Positions 28,751-38,261 of a stretch of DNA of 50,356 bases are shown in pieces (the first letter of the stretch is position 1; the number at the start of each line of letters is the position of its first letter). The DNA is from a virus (taxonomy: Duplodnaviria; Caudoviricetes): IMG/VR virus record IMGVR_UViG_3300027861_000043, positions 1 to 50,356 of that record; one strand, given 5' to 3'. The notes below the pieces were generated by a model. That model was not told the DNA's origin and searched no databases. It saw nothing but the letters and a program-made list of their open reading frames with translations. Both the position numbers and the translations under genes were made by a program.

Positions 28751-29628
28751 TGACTATTCGCTTATTTAGTTCAGAAGATGTCGGCGCTCCTGCTCTCGGA
28801 CAAACAGCAGGGGATTTCATAACCATACTTCGGGCTTGTCTCGTCGATGGTTATGGAACACGAACGGCTCAAGGTTGGTCAATGCCTTACAGTAATTTAC
28901 CGGAACAGGCGGCGTTTCAAACGGTCGGCGGTAACGATGTATTACGAGTTAATAATGAGAACTATCAGTACGCTCATTTAACCGCATACGCCAGTATGTC
29001 AGATATTGATACTGGCGTTGAACCTTATCCCGATAATGCTGCTGACTTAGCAGTTAATCAATTTTGGAGAACAGGGATTAGAGGTTCGTCAAATACGTTT
29101 TATGGTAAGTGGTGGGTAATCAGCGATGATGAGTGGTTTTATTTTTACGCGCCACATGACACAGCTACACCTTCTGACCCTATGGGTTTTTTCTTCGGAC
29201 AGTATGATTGTATTGAGCCGACCTTTACGGCGAACTATGTACTCACTGGATATTCTGCTACTGAAACAACAGTTTCAACCTCGTCAGTGGAAAATGGATT
29301 ATTCGCTGAAGCAGATTTATGGTGTCGCAGAGATTATAGAAATATCGCAGGTTTCAGACTTGATGCAAGGAGAGATTTTGAAGCTGTAAACTATCAGTAT
29401 CCAAGTAGGCTAACTGGTTCGATTGCTTGGGAACGTGTAAAGATTCGTTCTGATTTCGCTCCGTATGATTATTACGGTACATTTCCTGAGTATTATCGAG
29501 CAATGACAACTTCTGATTATGATTTATCCCCTATGGGTGCATTAATTACTATCAACGGTGATAACTATTTACAGATGACACAGAGTACAAATGTTATTGC
29601 CGTTAAATATGATGTTGCGGTAGGTTAG
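28750..29628 (+). CDS. tail-associated protein
   Basis: S.D.GAP.L....G..I.IL.ACLV.GYG...GW N-terminus typical of tail proteins. Confidence 0.7.
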   Translation: MTIRLFSSEDVGAPALGQTAGDFITILRACLVDGYGTRTAQGWSMPYSNLPEQAAFQTVGGNDVLRVNNENYQYAHLTAYASMSDIDTGVEPYPDNAADLAVNQFWRTGIRGSSNTFYGKWWVISDDEWFYFYAPHDTATPSDPMGFFFGQYDCIEPTFTANYVLTGYSATETTVSTSSVENGLFAEADLWCRRDYRNIAGFRLDARRDFEAVNYQYPSRLTGSIAWERVKIRSDFAPYDYYGTFPEYYRAMTTSDYDLSPMGALITINGDNYLQMTQSTNVIAVKYDVAVG

Positions 29629-29630
29629 TA

Positions 29631-30857
29631 ATGAGTGTTGATAATCTGCTGAATTTTAATGGAGTAAACGGAACTCAGGTTTTTACTGATGATGGGGATT
29701 CTCCGCTTACATTTACTGCTACTGATGCGACTCCCGTATTAGACACCAGTGAGAAACAATTCGGTTCAGCAAGCGTATCGTTTGACGGTAATGGTTATTT
29801 AACCAGTGGTGCCATTTCAATTCCTGATACGTGGACATTAGAAGGGTGGATAAAACTAGCTGATTACTCAGGCAATGGAACTCGCCAGTATTCATTTTTT
29901 GGATTTAGAGATTTAAATAATGGAGCAGTTTCTAACTTTTTCGGAATAGGATTATCGTCGGCAAGATATTTTGAATATTATGATTCATTCAGTAGAATCA
30001 CCGAAGGAAAAGCAGCATCTTTAGATTGGACTCATATTGCGATAACTTGCGATGATAAAAAAATAAGATTGTTTGTCAATGGAACACAACAATCGACTCA
30101 AGCAGCTAGTCATGTTAGTACTGCTGATTTTTCCAATGTTTCTTTTGAAATCATGGCAGCAAGTAATTCATCGGTTTCTGAACATTTATCGGGTCACATT
30201 GATGCTGTCAGATTTACTCCAAATGAAATATTATTCAGTGCTGTTTCTCACAGAGACTTTCCATTCTCAGAGCCGACAACTACAACCTCACCACCACCTG
30301 ACCCAAACGATAATTTCATTGCTGGTGAACCTATTGTTTTAGACTCAGTAGATAATTTACCTATTAAATTCAAGTTCGATGGTGATTTTGTTGTGGGTAC
30401 AGGAAGTAGCGAAGGTGGTGGACCGGAAACTGACCCAACAAGTACTAATATTATTTCAGGTAATGTAAAGAAATTAGGGTTGCCGTTTGGTGCAAGAGTC
30501 GTTGTTGTTTCCGTGGGGGTAACTCCTGAAGTCGTTGGTTCAGGAACCTCAGATGATATTACTGGTGATTACTCAATTGATGTCTACCCTTACGTAAGTG
30601 AATGTTTAATTTATGTCGCACCGGACTATGGCAATGAATTTACAGCAGATGCATTCGTCGGAGCAGGACAGGTTATTCATCCGACTATTCCTAATCGATA
30701 TATCTATGTGGCTCAAGCCGGTGGAACAGTCGGTGGTGTGGAACCTACGTGGCCTACTGAGGGTCAGATTGCATCTGGTGGTGTTACGTTCGATACAGTA
30801 GGTCTTCACCGACCTCTAATGAATGGATTTGTTAAGCCGGTAGTCACGCCGATATGA
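29631..30857 (+). CDS. LamG-domain tail fibre/receptor-binding protein
   Basis: LL.FNG.NG...F.D, FG..S..FDG, WT.EGW, WTHIA, LFVNG, G.ID..R; C-terminal EPTWPT module. Confidence 0.75.
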   Translation: MSVDNLLNFNGVNGTQVFTDDGDSPLTFTATDATPVLDTSEKQFGSASVSFDGNGYLTSGAISIPDTWTLEGWIKLADYSGNGTRQYSFFGFRDLNNGAVSNFFGIGLSSARYFEYYDSFSRITEGKAASLDWTHIAITCDDKKIRLFVNGTQQSTQAASHVSTADFSNVSFEIMAASNSSVSEHLSGHIDAVRFTPNEILFSAVSHRDFPFSEPTTTTSPPPDPNDNFIAGEPIVLDSVDNLPIKFKFDGDFVVGTGSSEGGGPETDPTSTNIISGNVKKLGLPFGARVVVVSVGVTPEVVGSGTSDDITGDYSIDVYPYVSECLIYVAPDYGNEFTADAFVGAGQVIHPTIPNRYIYVAQAGGTVGGVEPTWPTEGQIASGGVTFDTVGLHRPLMNGFVKPVVTPI

Positions 30858-32584
30858 CCGAGTTAATTGCAATTTCATTAGGTGGAAGCTACGGCAAAGG
30901 CTCACCGATAGATAATGATTTTAAAATCTCATGGGCGCTTCATGAGACAATAGATGTTTCTAGTTCATTGCCGATAACTACGGGAACACCGGTTGATACT
31001 GGAATCAAATATCAATATGAGCATGGTAGCTTTAAAAGTTTTTTTATCAATGGCGGGTTGGTTTGGGATAGACTGGATGAATTGAACAGTAGCGTCAAAG
31101 GAATCAAGGCCGGTATTAAAATTAATCCCTCAGTGAATAGCGGATATTCTTGGGATAGATTGGATGAATTACATTCTTCAGTATTAGGTGTTAAGTCCGG
31201 TACTACTCCGGTAGAAACAGATGGTAAATTTGAATTTAATTTGGTAGACGTTCAATATGATAAACCAAATCCGAATCTTCAGTATCGCTATCTACCAACG
31301 AGTGATTTCGTCATTGGTAGCGAGCTAGTTACGTTTACGACTGATTTTATTCAACCAGTGGATTTAACGGCAATTAGAACTCGCTTATCGCCGGTTGGTT
31401 CAGGAACACAATTTCCGTGGAGCCGAACGAGAATTGTTGATATCTATCAGGCTTTGAATTATGGTTATTCCATTAATAATTTTTTAGTTGGGGGTTCTGT
31501 CAGAACTGATTATCCAGTTGATGATGATGCAATAAACCCACCCGTTGACCCACCAACAGTAGCAGAGGTAGTGAGAATCGTGAACATCGTTAATGTGGTT
31601 AAATTACCTGAGCGAACGCCGATTGATTTCGTAGACTTTACGTTAGCGACTGACTTAGATTCAATCGCATGGGTAGTCAATTTTACTATTGGCTCTCAGG
31701 CATCTTTAGACATTCTGAAACCGACCGGCTTAACAACCGTTGAAGTTGAAATAAATGTCAATGGTGAATTGTTTGTCTGCTTCATCGGTCGAACTAAGAC
31801 AGTCATATCGGCTGACCCTAGTGGGATGCCTAAAAAATCGTGGAAGTGTACCGGATGGTCAGCAATTAAAACACTAGCTCACCCTTACACTAAGAAACGC
31901 TCTCATACTGAAACGTCGAGCAGTACACCATCTGGGTTACTGAACGATGAATTGACCGGTACAGGCGTCACAGGAGCTTGGAACAGCGTTTCATGGACTA
32001 TCCCTGCCAACGTATTCACCTACCTTGAGAAATCGCCACTAGCGGCTATCGCGGAGCTTGCTGAGTCGGTAGGTGCAGTAGTCATCCCTCATGCTTCAGA
32101 TAAATCTCTGACCATTGAGCCGTACTACCCTGTCTCACCTTGGGATTGGGATATTACGACTGCTGATTATAATATGAATGAAACAGAGTTCTATTCGATG
32201 GACACCGAATGGATTCCCAAGCAGGCTCCTGATTCAATTTATGTTTACGGCGAAGAAACCGGTGGGGTAGCAGTTAAATGTGTCAAGAACGGTACAGCAG
32301 GGATTCTAACGCTACCTACTGTCGTGAACAAATACATTACCGATACTGTTGCAGGGACCGAACGAGGAAGAATAGAAGTAGCTAAGGCTGCTTTCAAAGA
32401 AATCATTCCGGTAACTACCTACGTTGATGCGACTGATGGAATTATTAAACCTCAATCATTACTGTCAATTACCCCGCTATCTGGGAGTACATGGAAAGGC
32501 ATGGTTATTGGTACTTCAATCAGCATTAAACGCGTAGGAACTGCGGTTGTTCAGGCACTTCAAATAGAGAGGCATTACGACTAA
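30854..32584 (+). CDS. tail tip/hub protein
   Basis: position; internal 29-aa repeat WDRLDEL.SSV.G.K.G; YPVSPWDW. Confidence 0.7.
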   Translation: MTELIAISLGGSYGKGSPIDNDFKISWALHETIDVSSSLPITTGTPVDTGIKYQYEHGSFKSFFINGGLVWDRLDELNSSVKGIKAGIKINPSVNSGYSWDRLDELHSSVLGVKSGTTPVETDGKFEFNLVDVQYDKPNPNLQYRYLPTSDFVIGSELVTFTTDFIQPVDLTAIRTRLSPVGSGTQFPWSRTRIVDIYQALNYGYSINNFLVGGSVRTDYPVDDDAINPPVDPPTVAEVVRIVNIVNVVKLPERTPIDFVDFTLATDLDSIAWVVNFTIGSQASLDILKPTGLTTVEVEINVNGELFVCFIGRTKTVISADPSGMPKKSWKCTGWSAIKTLAHPYTKKRSHTETSSSTPSGLLNDELTGTGVTGAWNSVSWTIPANVFTYLEKSPLAAIAELAESVGAVVIPHASDKSLTIEPYYPVSPWDWDITTADYNMNETEFYSMDTEWIPKQAPDSIYVYGEETGGVAVKCVKNGTAGILTLPTVVNKYITDTVAGTERGRIEVAKAAFKEIIPVTTYVDATDGIIKPQSLLSITPLSGSTWKGMVIGTSISIKRVGTAVVQALQIERHYD

Positions 32585-32811
32585 TGGCTAACGCATTTAA
32601 TAGATTTCAATCACTAGTTGGAACAAATTCAATCGACGTAGTAACGATTACCGGTAACAACGGTGATGGAACCAGTAATGCTACTACGCTTGCAGGAGAC
32701 CCGATTACTGTCAAAGGTGAATCGGTTTCTTCGGGGAATAACGCATTTATCAGGGGTGGTGAGATAATTCGGTCTGCTCCTAACTTGACACCTACACAAG
32801 TTAGTATATAA
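32584..32811 (+). CDS. small tail protein
   Basis: N.F.RF..L, V.G..V..G..AFIR.G.I...APNL. Confidence 0.7.
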   Translation: MANAFNRFQSLVGTNSIDVVTITGNNGDGTSNATTLAGDPITVKGESVSSGNNAFIRGGEIIRSAPNLTPTQVSI

Positions 32812-32835
32812 TTTGAGTCCTCCTTATGTTGTATT

Positions 32836-32861
32836 AACCCTCTTAATTGAGGGTTTTTTTT
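32836..32861 (+). terminator. rho-independent terminator ending the late operon
   Basis: AACCCTC-ttaatt-GAGGGTT followed by T-run. Confidence 0.85.
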
Positions 32862-32923
32862 GTCCGGTGATTAAATCAGTGTTTCAGGGGTGGTTCACTG
32901 ATGGCTCACTAATCACCGGACAA
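32860..32923. repeat. long nested inverted repeat
   Basis: TTGTCCGGTGATTA/TAATCACCGGACAA 14-bp perfect stem with inner ATCAGTG/CACTGAT stem. Confidence 0.85.
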
Positions 32924-33073
32924 CTGCTTTCTTATTTCGTTCAATTTCTTTGTGTTAATTTCACTTCTAGTCAGACATCGAGGTGGGTCATTATCTTTAA
33001 CGTCCCACGACTTACCGCAACAATGACATTGCCATTCGTCTTGATATTTGATTGCGTTCCGATGAATATTCAT
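32909..33073 (-). CDS. 54-aa zinc-finger-like protein (not in ORF track)
   Basis: MNIHRNAIKYQDEWQCHCCGKSWDVKDNDPPRCLTRSEINTKKLNEIRKQLSGD; TAATG-coupled to upstream gene. Confidence 0.7.
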   Translation of the reverse strand: MNIHRNAIKYQDEWQCHCCGKSWDVKDNDPPRCLTRSEINTKKLNEIRKQLSGD

Positions 33074-33264
33074 TAGTGACCCCTCTTGCGTTTATCGATG
33101 GCCGCAAATGGGTCAATGACTTTATTCATTTCCCGCGACTTGATAATGAATAGTTTTTCTCGAACGCTGCATTCTAATTTATTCAGCTTGACAGCTATGT
33201 CACGCACTGAGAAACCTTGCTCATCTAATTCCATTACTGCTTCTTTAAATTCATCTGATGTCAT
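33073..33264 (-). CDS. small HTH protein
   Basis: GFSVRDIAVKLNKLECSVREKL; GAGG RBS. Confidence 0.7.
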   Translation of the reverse strand: MTSDEFKEAVMELDEQGFSVRDIAVKLNKLECSVREKLFIIKSREMNKVIDPFAAIDKRKRGH

Positions 33265-33273
33265 AATTACCTC

Positions 33274-35292
33274 TTAGTTTAGTAAAAGTGGGTCAACGAG
33301 TTTCTTAGTCTCCCCAATATAATAATCATAGTCAATTGTTGTCACATCAAAATCTTTCATATCAGTGCAGTCAGTAACAAACACATCTTTGTCGATTCCG
33401 ATTTCTCGCGGAGGCATTTCGCTTAACTCTGGAAAAGCAACCGGTTTAAATTTACCTGACTTCGGCTGCTTACCGTGAGTAACGACTTGATATTCTCCGG
33501 TATCTTCGTGCTGATAGTGGTCTCCGGTGTCCCACTTGTCGATTTGAGTTTGAGTATGTGGCATTGTTTTAATTAACTTACCACCATCGACACTCGCATA
33601 GTAGCGGCTAATATTCTGAAGCGGTTGTCTGTTTTCACCTTTCACTAATTCTAGTTTTGATGAGCGCGGTACTTTCGTTCGTAACATGAAATCTAAATAA
33701 TTAACATGGTTCTGGATAAATTTACGAATGCTCTTACCTTCAACTAAAGCAGCCGAAGCAGCCTTGGCTACCACAACAGCACTTTGATTTTTATGCCATG
33801 CTAATTCTCTGGTTTGCGGATTGTCAATCGACAACTCATAAGCATACGCGCCGATACGTTTGACATATCCATCGGTTGTAACTGCCAGATAAGAATTAAC
33901 ATCTCGAATAGCCATCATTGAATATTCAGCTTCCTCAAGTTCGAGACTGGTTATTTCTTCCCACCACTTCCACAGAGAGTTAGCGTGTTCTCGATATTCC
34001 TTTGGACACAGGAAAGTTAAACCATCTGTGTTAATCTGAACCATCTTCAGGTCTGGTATTTTCATTAAGTGTTCAGCGAGCATACAAAGTAAAAGCTGAC
34101 CGTTGATAGTTATGCTCATCGTGAATTTCTGGTCTAAGAAACAGCTAAATAAATTTGATGAGTTACCGAAAACAGAATTCAATGCTAGCTTGAGCATTGA
34201 ATTTTCAGCAGTCTTTTTCGCATAACTCTTACGTTGATTGTAAACGTCTTGATAGATGTCGCAGAAACGCTCTGTTAGGTGTTCTGGATAGAATCGGCTA
34301 CCAATAGCAAGGTTAGGGTAGTAGCTCGCTACGTCCCAATCTAGGAGGTCGTGAGTATCAGAATTTCGTACTACTTTCTTTTTCAGGCTACCGTGAATTC
34401 CTCCCGCTCCGAAGTCAAATTGAAACCCATCGAGGGTAGCGTGTAAGTCATTAAAGAATCCTTTCAGGGAAAGTAAACCTGTTTTATCGAATTCATTAAT
34501 TACTGATGATTTTAGAAAATTAAGAACCTCTTGAAATTCAGGACGCTCAAATTCAACGTATGGCAGAATGACTTCGGCTATTTTGATTTCTTCTCTGAAG
34601 GTCTGATTTAACTCACCGTTTATTTTCTTAGGGATTCCATGTTTTTCTAATTCCATAATAAAATATTCTGAACCAATCTTAGAATCACTGAAGTTCGTGA
34701 AATTCCTACGATGTTTTGCTGATAGCTTATCTCTGAAATCAATCATTGGTTGCGTATAACCTCTGAATTTTTCAGTCTCCCTTGTGTCATGACCGTTGTA
34801 CGCTAATATCTCTCTTGATTGCTCATAAGTTAATGGCTTTAACGGGTCATAGGGTAAGTCTTTGATTGTCGGTGAGCGCATATTAAATTCAATCATTTTC
34901 AATGAGGTCATTTTTGCTCGATTATCGAAATGGTGAATTTTAAATAAATCAACCTGCGGAATATGATGTTTGTTCTCATAGATTACATGAGGATTAAACT
35001 GGTGAATTTTCCCGTCAGCAAAATAAGCCTGTGATTTTTTATAAAGTGATTGATAAGATGCTACGCCTAATGAATCAATAAAATGATGTAATAACATATA
35101 ATCGTAAGCAGCATTATTAAACCCCACCATACGATGTTTGAATGTTTTCAAACCCATTAAGAAATCCATGAATTTCTTTCGGTCATCGTGCCATTCTGAT
35201 ATTTCAAATATGAAAGACCTCCTGTTATCCAGAACGGCATAACAGGAAAAGAAATTCGGGTAGCACTCTAAATCGTATGAGAAGTCAGCCAT
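33274..35292 (-). CDS. family B DNA polymerase with 3'-5' exonuclease
   Basis: YDLE (ExoI), GFN..YD (ExoII), YN..D (ExoIII), DVASYYP, KLALNS.FG, NTDG. Confidence 0.92.
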   Translation of the reverse strand: MADFSYDLECYPNFFSCYAVLDNRRSFIFEISEWHDDRKKFMDFLMGLKTFKHRMVGFNNAAYDYMLLHHFIDSLGVASYQSLYKKSQAYFADGKIHQFNPHVIYENKHHIPQVDLFKIHHFDNRAKMTSLKMIEFNMRSPTIKDLPYDPLKPLTYEQSREILAYNGHDTRETEKFRGYTQPMIDFRDKLSAKHRRNFTNFSDSKIGSEYFIMELEKHGIPKKINGELNQTFREEIKIAEVILPYVEFERPEFQEVLNFLKSSVINEFDKTGLLSLKGFFNDLHATLDGFQFDFGAGGIHGSLKKKVVRNSDTHDLLDWDVASYYPNLAIGSRFYPEHLTERFCDIYQDVYNQRKSYAKKTAENSMLKLALNSVFGNSSNLFSCFLDQKFTMSITINGQLLLCMLAEHLMKIPDLKMVQINTDGLTFLCPKEYREHANSLWKWWEEITSLELEEAEYSMMAIRDVNSYLAVTTDGYVKRIGAYAYELSIDNPQTRELAWHKNQSAVVVAKAASAALVEGKSIRKFIQNHVNYLDFMLRTKVPRSSKLELVKGENRQPLQNISRYYASVDGGKLIKTMPHTQTQIDKWDTGDHYQHEDTGEYQVVTHGKQPKSGKFKPVAFPELSEMPPREIGIDKDVFVTDCTDMKDFDVTTIDYDYYIGETKKLVDPLLLN

Positions 35293-35296
35293 TAAA

Positions 35297-35737
35297 TTAA
35301 AACTCCTGTAATTTAATGGCTGCTTGAATACTCATGATTGCTTCTTCCCAATCTTGCTTTTGAGATTTAACGCCTCGGTTTCCACCATCAAGTAATTTTT
35401 TTATTGCATGACCGATGGCTTGGTCCTTCACATCGAATGCTTTTAAAGCAGCATATACGTCGATGCAATGTACGGTTTCACCGGATGGTGTATTAACCTC
35501 AATAGTCTTAACCATTCGGTGATAGCGAGATAGTCGTTCTTCAACTTTTGCCGGTTTAATTTCAGGCATAGGTGTATCAGAAGAAGACTTAGGTAATTGA
35601 GATTCATACGGTGGAAAACTCGCTACTGGTTTAGGAGTATGAGGTACTACTTTCGATGGTTCAGCACAAAAAGGACATTCATGATATGTTGACGAATTAT
35701 ATGCTTTCATACAAGTATTACAAATTTTAGTTTTCAT
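35297..35737 (-). CDS. DUF3310-like (T7 gp1.7-related) protein with N-terminal CxxC..CxxC
   Basis: DVY..L.AF.V...AI.HAIKKLL..G.RG.K...QD..EA. Confidence 0.6.
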   Translation of the reverse strand: MKTKICNTCMKAYNSSTYHECPFCAEPSKVVPHTPKPVASFPPYESQLPKSSSDTPMPEIKPAKVEERLSRYHRMVKTIEVNTPSGETVHCIDVYAALKAFDVKDQAIGHAIKKLLDGGNRGVKSQKQDWEEAIMSIQAAIKLQEF

Positions 35738-37394
35738 TTTTTATTTTCTCCAATAAGTTGAGTGATTCTCTTTCTGAGAGTGTTTGAGCCTTTAAAATAT
35801 TAACTTTAAAAGTTCGTTCAAAAAATAGCTGAGTAGTTTTAACGTCCCAATTATTCTTAGTACCTGTGTCATGACACCATTGCTGCATCTGAGTTCTTAA
35901 TTGTGTCTGTGCAAATTGTCTTTTAACGTGGTTATTAACCGCAGAATTCACAACCATGCTTTTCATGTTCGCCTTCATCATATTACTTCGTAAGCGAGCA
36001 GGGTTTAAATCAACCTTATCTCTCTGCTTTAAAATCGTGTCAATAAATTCTACGTTCATTTCAACCAAGTCAGTCTTATCGACAATCAACTGCTTCATCG
36101 CTTCGTTGGTTTCTTCTTTCGTTTCTTCATGAGTACATTCAGGACATACAAATCGTGAGCGAACAGTCGGTGTATAAAATGCAAAACATTCAGGGCATAT
36201 TCTACCGCTCGGTAATTCATTATCGCCTGTTTTCTTTTTGCCTCGCTCCAATGTCCATTCTGGGTCATCATGTGGCGCACCATAAATACAATGACGAGAA
36301 ACATTACCGACTTGATCAATTAAAATGCCGAAATCTTTACCTTCAAACGGACGGAGTAAACGACCGAATTGCTGCTTGAATAAAGAATAGCTTTCAGTTT
36401 TTCGTAACATGATGACGCAACTGACAGCAGGGCAATCATACCCCTCCCCAAAAAGGTCGCAATTTACGAGATTTTTTATTGACCCTAATTTAAATTCAGT
36501 GAGTGCTTTGATTCTTTCCGGTAATGGCGTTTTAGAACTCAAGGCTACTGATGGTATTCCTGCTCGATTAAATTCGTCAGCAACGTGTTCAGCATGAGCA
36601 ATGTTTACAGTGAACGTGATTGTTTGTAGACCGGAAGCTAATCGTAAATATTGTTGAACTGTATCGCCGGTGATATCTGCTCGGTCTGTTCGTTCGGCTA
36701 ATTGCTTCTGATTGAATTCGCCATTCTTTGTGATTCGCAATCCAGACACATCGAGTAATTGTGGAGGTACGAAAATTTTATATGCTGATAAATTTCCGGT
36801 TGTAATTAATTCACCCATCGTCGAGCCGACTATCATCTCATCGAATACGCCATCATAGTCACGACCTAAGCCTTGCTTGTCTGAACGTATCGGGGTGGCG
36901 GTTACTCCTAATCCTATTGCATTCGGAAACGCTGAAACACACTTACCCCATTTATTTTCTTTCAAACAGTGATGTGCTTCATCGAGCATCCAGACTTTTA
37001 TTAGTGGTAATATTTCATCGAGTACACCAGATTCTAGTCGTCGTGTGAACGTATCGACTGACGCGATAGTAACGTGAGAACCTTCATTATGATATGAGTC
37101 ACCATGCTTAATGTGATTCGCATTAGCGGTATCTCTAACGGTATGTTTTGCGGCAATGAATCCGTGATGAACACCCATTAAACATAAGGCATCGGATATC
37201 TGAGAAATTAAAACGTCACGGTGAGCAAAAATAATAACTCGTTCTTTGTTAGCAAGAGCATTTTTTGCAAACTCAGATTTAATAATTGTCTTACCTGCGC
37301 CAGTTGGTTCAACCAATAGAAGATTTGTGTGCTTCTTCCACCCTTGGTAAACTTTGTCAACTGAGGATTGCTGATAATCGCGGAGAGTTATCAC
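35727..37394 (-). CDS. SF2 DEAH-box DNA helicase with C-terminal zinc ribbon
   Basis: LRDYQ, PTGAGKT, DEAHH, TATP, EGYDCP, QQFGRLLR, CPEC x2. Confidence 0.93.
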   Translation of the reverse strand: MITLRDYQQSSVDKVYQGWKKHTNLLLVEPTGAGKTIIKSEFAKNALANKERVIIFAHRDVLISQISDALCLMGVHHGFIAAKHTVRDTANANHIKHGDSYHNEGSHVTIASVDTFTRRLESGVLDEILPLIKVWMLDEAHHCLKENKWGKCVSAFPNAIGLGVTATPIRSDKQGLGRDYDGVFDEMIVGSTMGELITTGNLSAYKIFVPPQLLDVSGLRITKNGEFNQKQLAERTDRADITGDTVQQYLRLASGLQTITFTVNIAHAEHVADEFNRAGIPSVALSSKTPLPERIKALTEFKLGSIKNLVNCDLFGEGYDCPAVSCVIMLRKTESYSLFKQQFGRLLRPFEGKDFGILIDQVGNVSRHCIYGAPHDDPEWTLERGKKKTGDNELPSGRICPECFAFYTPTVRSRFVCPECTHEETKEETNEAMKQLIVDKTDLVEMNVEFIDTILKQRDKVDLNPARLRSNMMKANMKSMVVNSAVNNHVKRQFAQTQLRTQMQQWCHDTGTKNNWDVKTTQLFFERTFKVNILKAQTLSERESLNLLEKIKNEN

Positions 37395-37594
37395 TATTTA
37401 CGAACCTCATAATCACCGTCAAGGTTCATTTCGATAATGGTGTCATCAATGCGATATTTAGTGTGAGTGAAAGAACACTCGGTTGCGTGAAATTCTTCAA
37501 TGAGATTCTTACGTTTTTGAATAAGTTTATTCATGCCGTAACGAGATAGTTTATTGATTCGTTTGCAAAATAATTCTGCTTTATTGTTATTCAT
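37394..37594 (-). CDS. hypothetical protein
   Basis: AGGAG RBS favours ATG 37594; coupled to helicase. Confidence 0.65.
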   Translation of the reverse strand: MNNNKAELFCKRINKLSRYGMNKLIQKRKNLIEEFHATECSFTHTKYRIDDTIIEMNLDGDYEVRK

Positions 37595-37605
37595 TTTCAC
37601 TCCTG

Positions 37606-37809
37606 TTATTTTGTGTTGGTGTATTTTTCACAATTACTCTCGCGCTCTTGCGACGACTCGAAAAAACCGTAAGACCAGTAGTCTTCAAATCCACAGGTCA
37701 AACATTTCGTTTTAGCCTCGCAAGCATGACCGTTAACAGTATCAACCAATTCAACATCGTTAGTCTCACCGCATCGGTTGCAAGACTCTAAAACGTGATA
37801 CTCAATCAT
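37606..37809 (-). CDS. small zinc-ribbon protein
   Basis: CNRC..CLTC; flanked by 17-bp RBS-containing direct repeats. Confidence 0.7.
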   Translation of the reverse strand: MIEYHVLESCNRCGETNDVELVDTVNGHACEAKTKCLTCGFEDYWSYGFFESSQERESNCEKYTNTK

Positions 37810-37833
37810 TATTCACCCCTGTTATTTTAAGAA

Positions 37834-38221
37834 GGTGTTCAGAGACAGGAGTTGAACCTGTAATCAAAGCCTTAATAGTCACCACAACCTAGATGGAGTC
37901 GAACCATATTTCTCTACCGCAGACTGAACATTAATTAGTGAGGTGGAGTTAGTAAAAGGCTCAATCATTAGCCGGATTTAAACCGATTCACTAACCTACC
38001 CACAGCAATTTTATATGCTGCGGTTATAACTCCACCTCTAAGGGAATCACACCCTCTATATTGGTTAATCTTTAAATGCGCCAACTGGCATTATCATCTC
38101 ATCGTCTTGGGAGTGACACCACATCATTATACTGTCCAATATAATGACAGTGTAAACACTGACTCGCTTATCGTTGGAGGGCAGCTAACCCCACCTCGGA
38201 ACTAAGTTCAACCGCCAACGA
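37834..38221 (-). ncRNA. structured leader/ncRNA cluster with tRNA T-loop-like hairpins
   Basis: no long ORF; closed domains 37836-37930, 37940-38038, 38171-38221; six GG-T-N6-CC hairpins; begins ~6 nt after a -10 box. Confidence 0.65.
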
Positions 38222-38226
38222 AATTA

Positions 38227-38254
38227 ATCATACACTAAATAAAAATAATTTCAA
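38227..38254 (-). promoter_or_regulatory. leftward sigma70-like promoter
   Basis: TTGAAA-N16-TATGAT on minus strand. Confidence 0.6.
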
Positions 38255-38261
38255 ATATTAT

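Noticed and set aside
32813-33076. 87-aa plus-strand ORF
   Set aside because: Runs through the terminator, TTG start without clear RBS; a coupled minus-strand ORF explains the region
37834-37930. canonical tRNA gene or tRNA-derived attP
   Set aside because: Two T-arms, no recognisable D or anticodon arm, mismatched acceptor junction, ends CCT not CCA; no integrase seen
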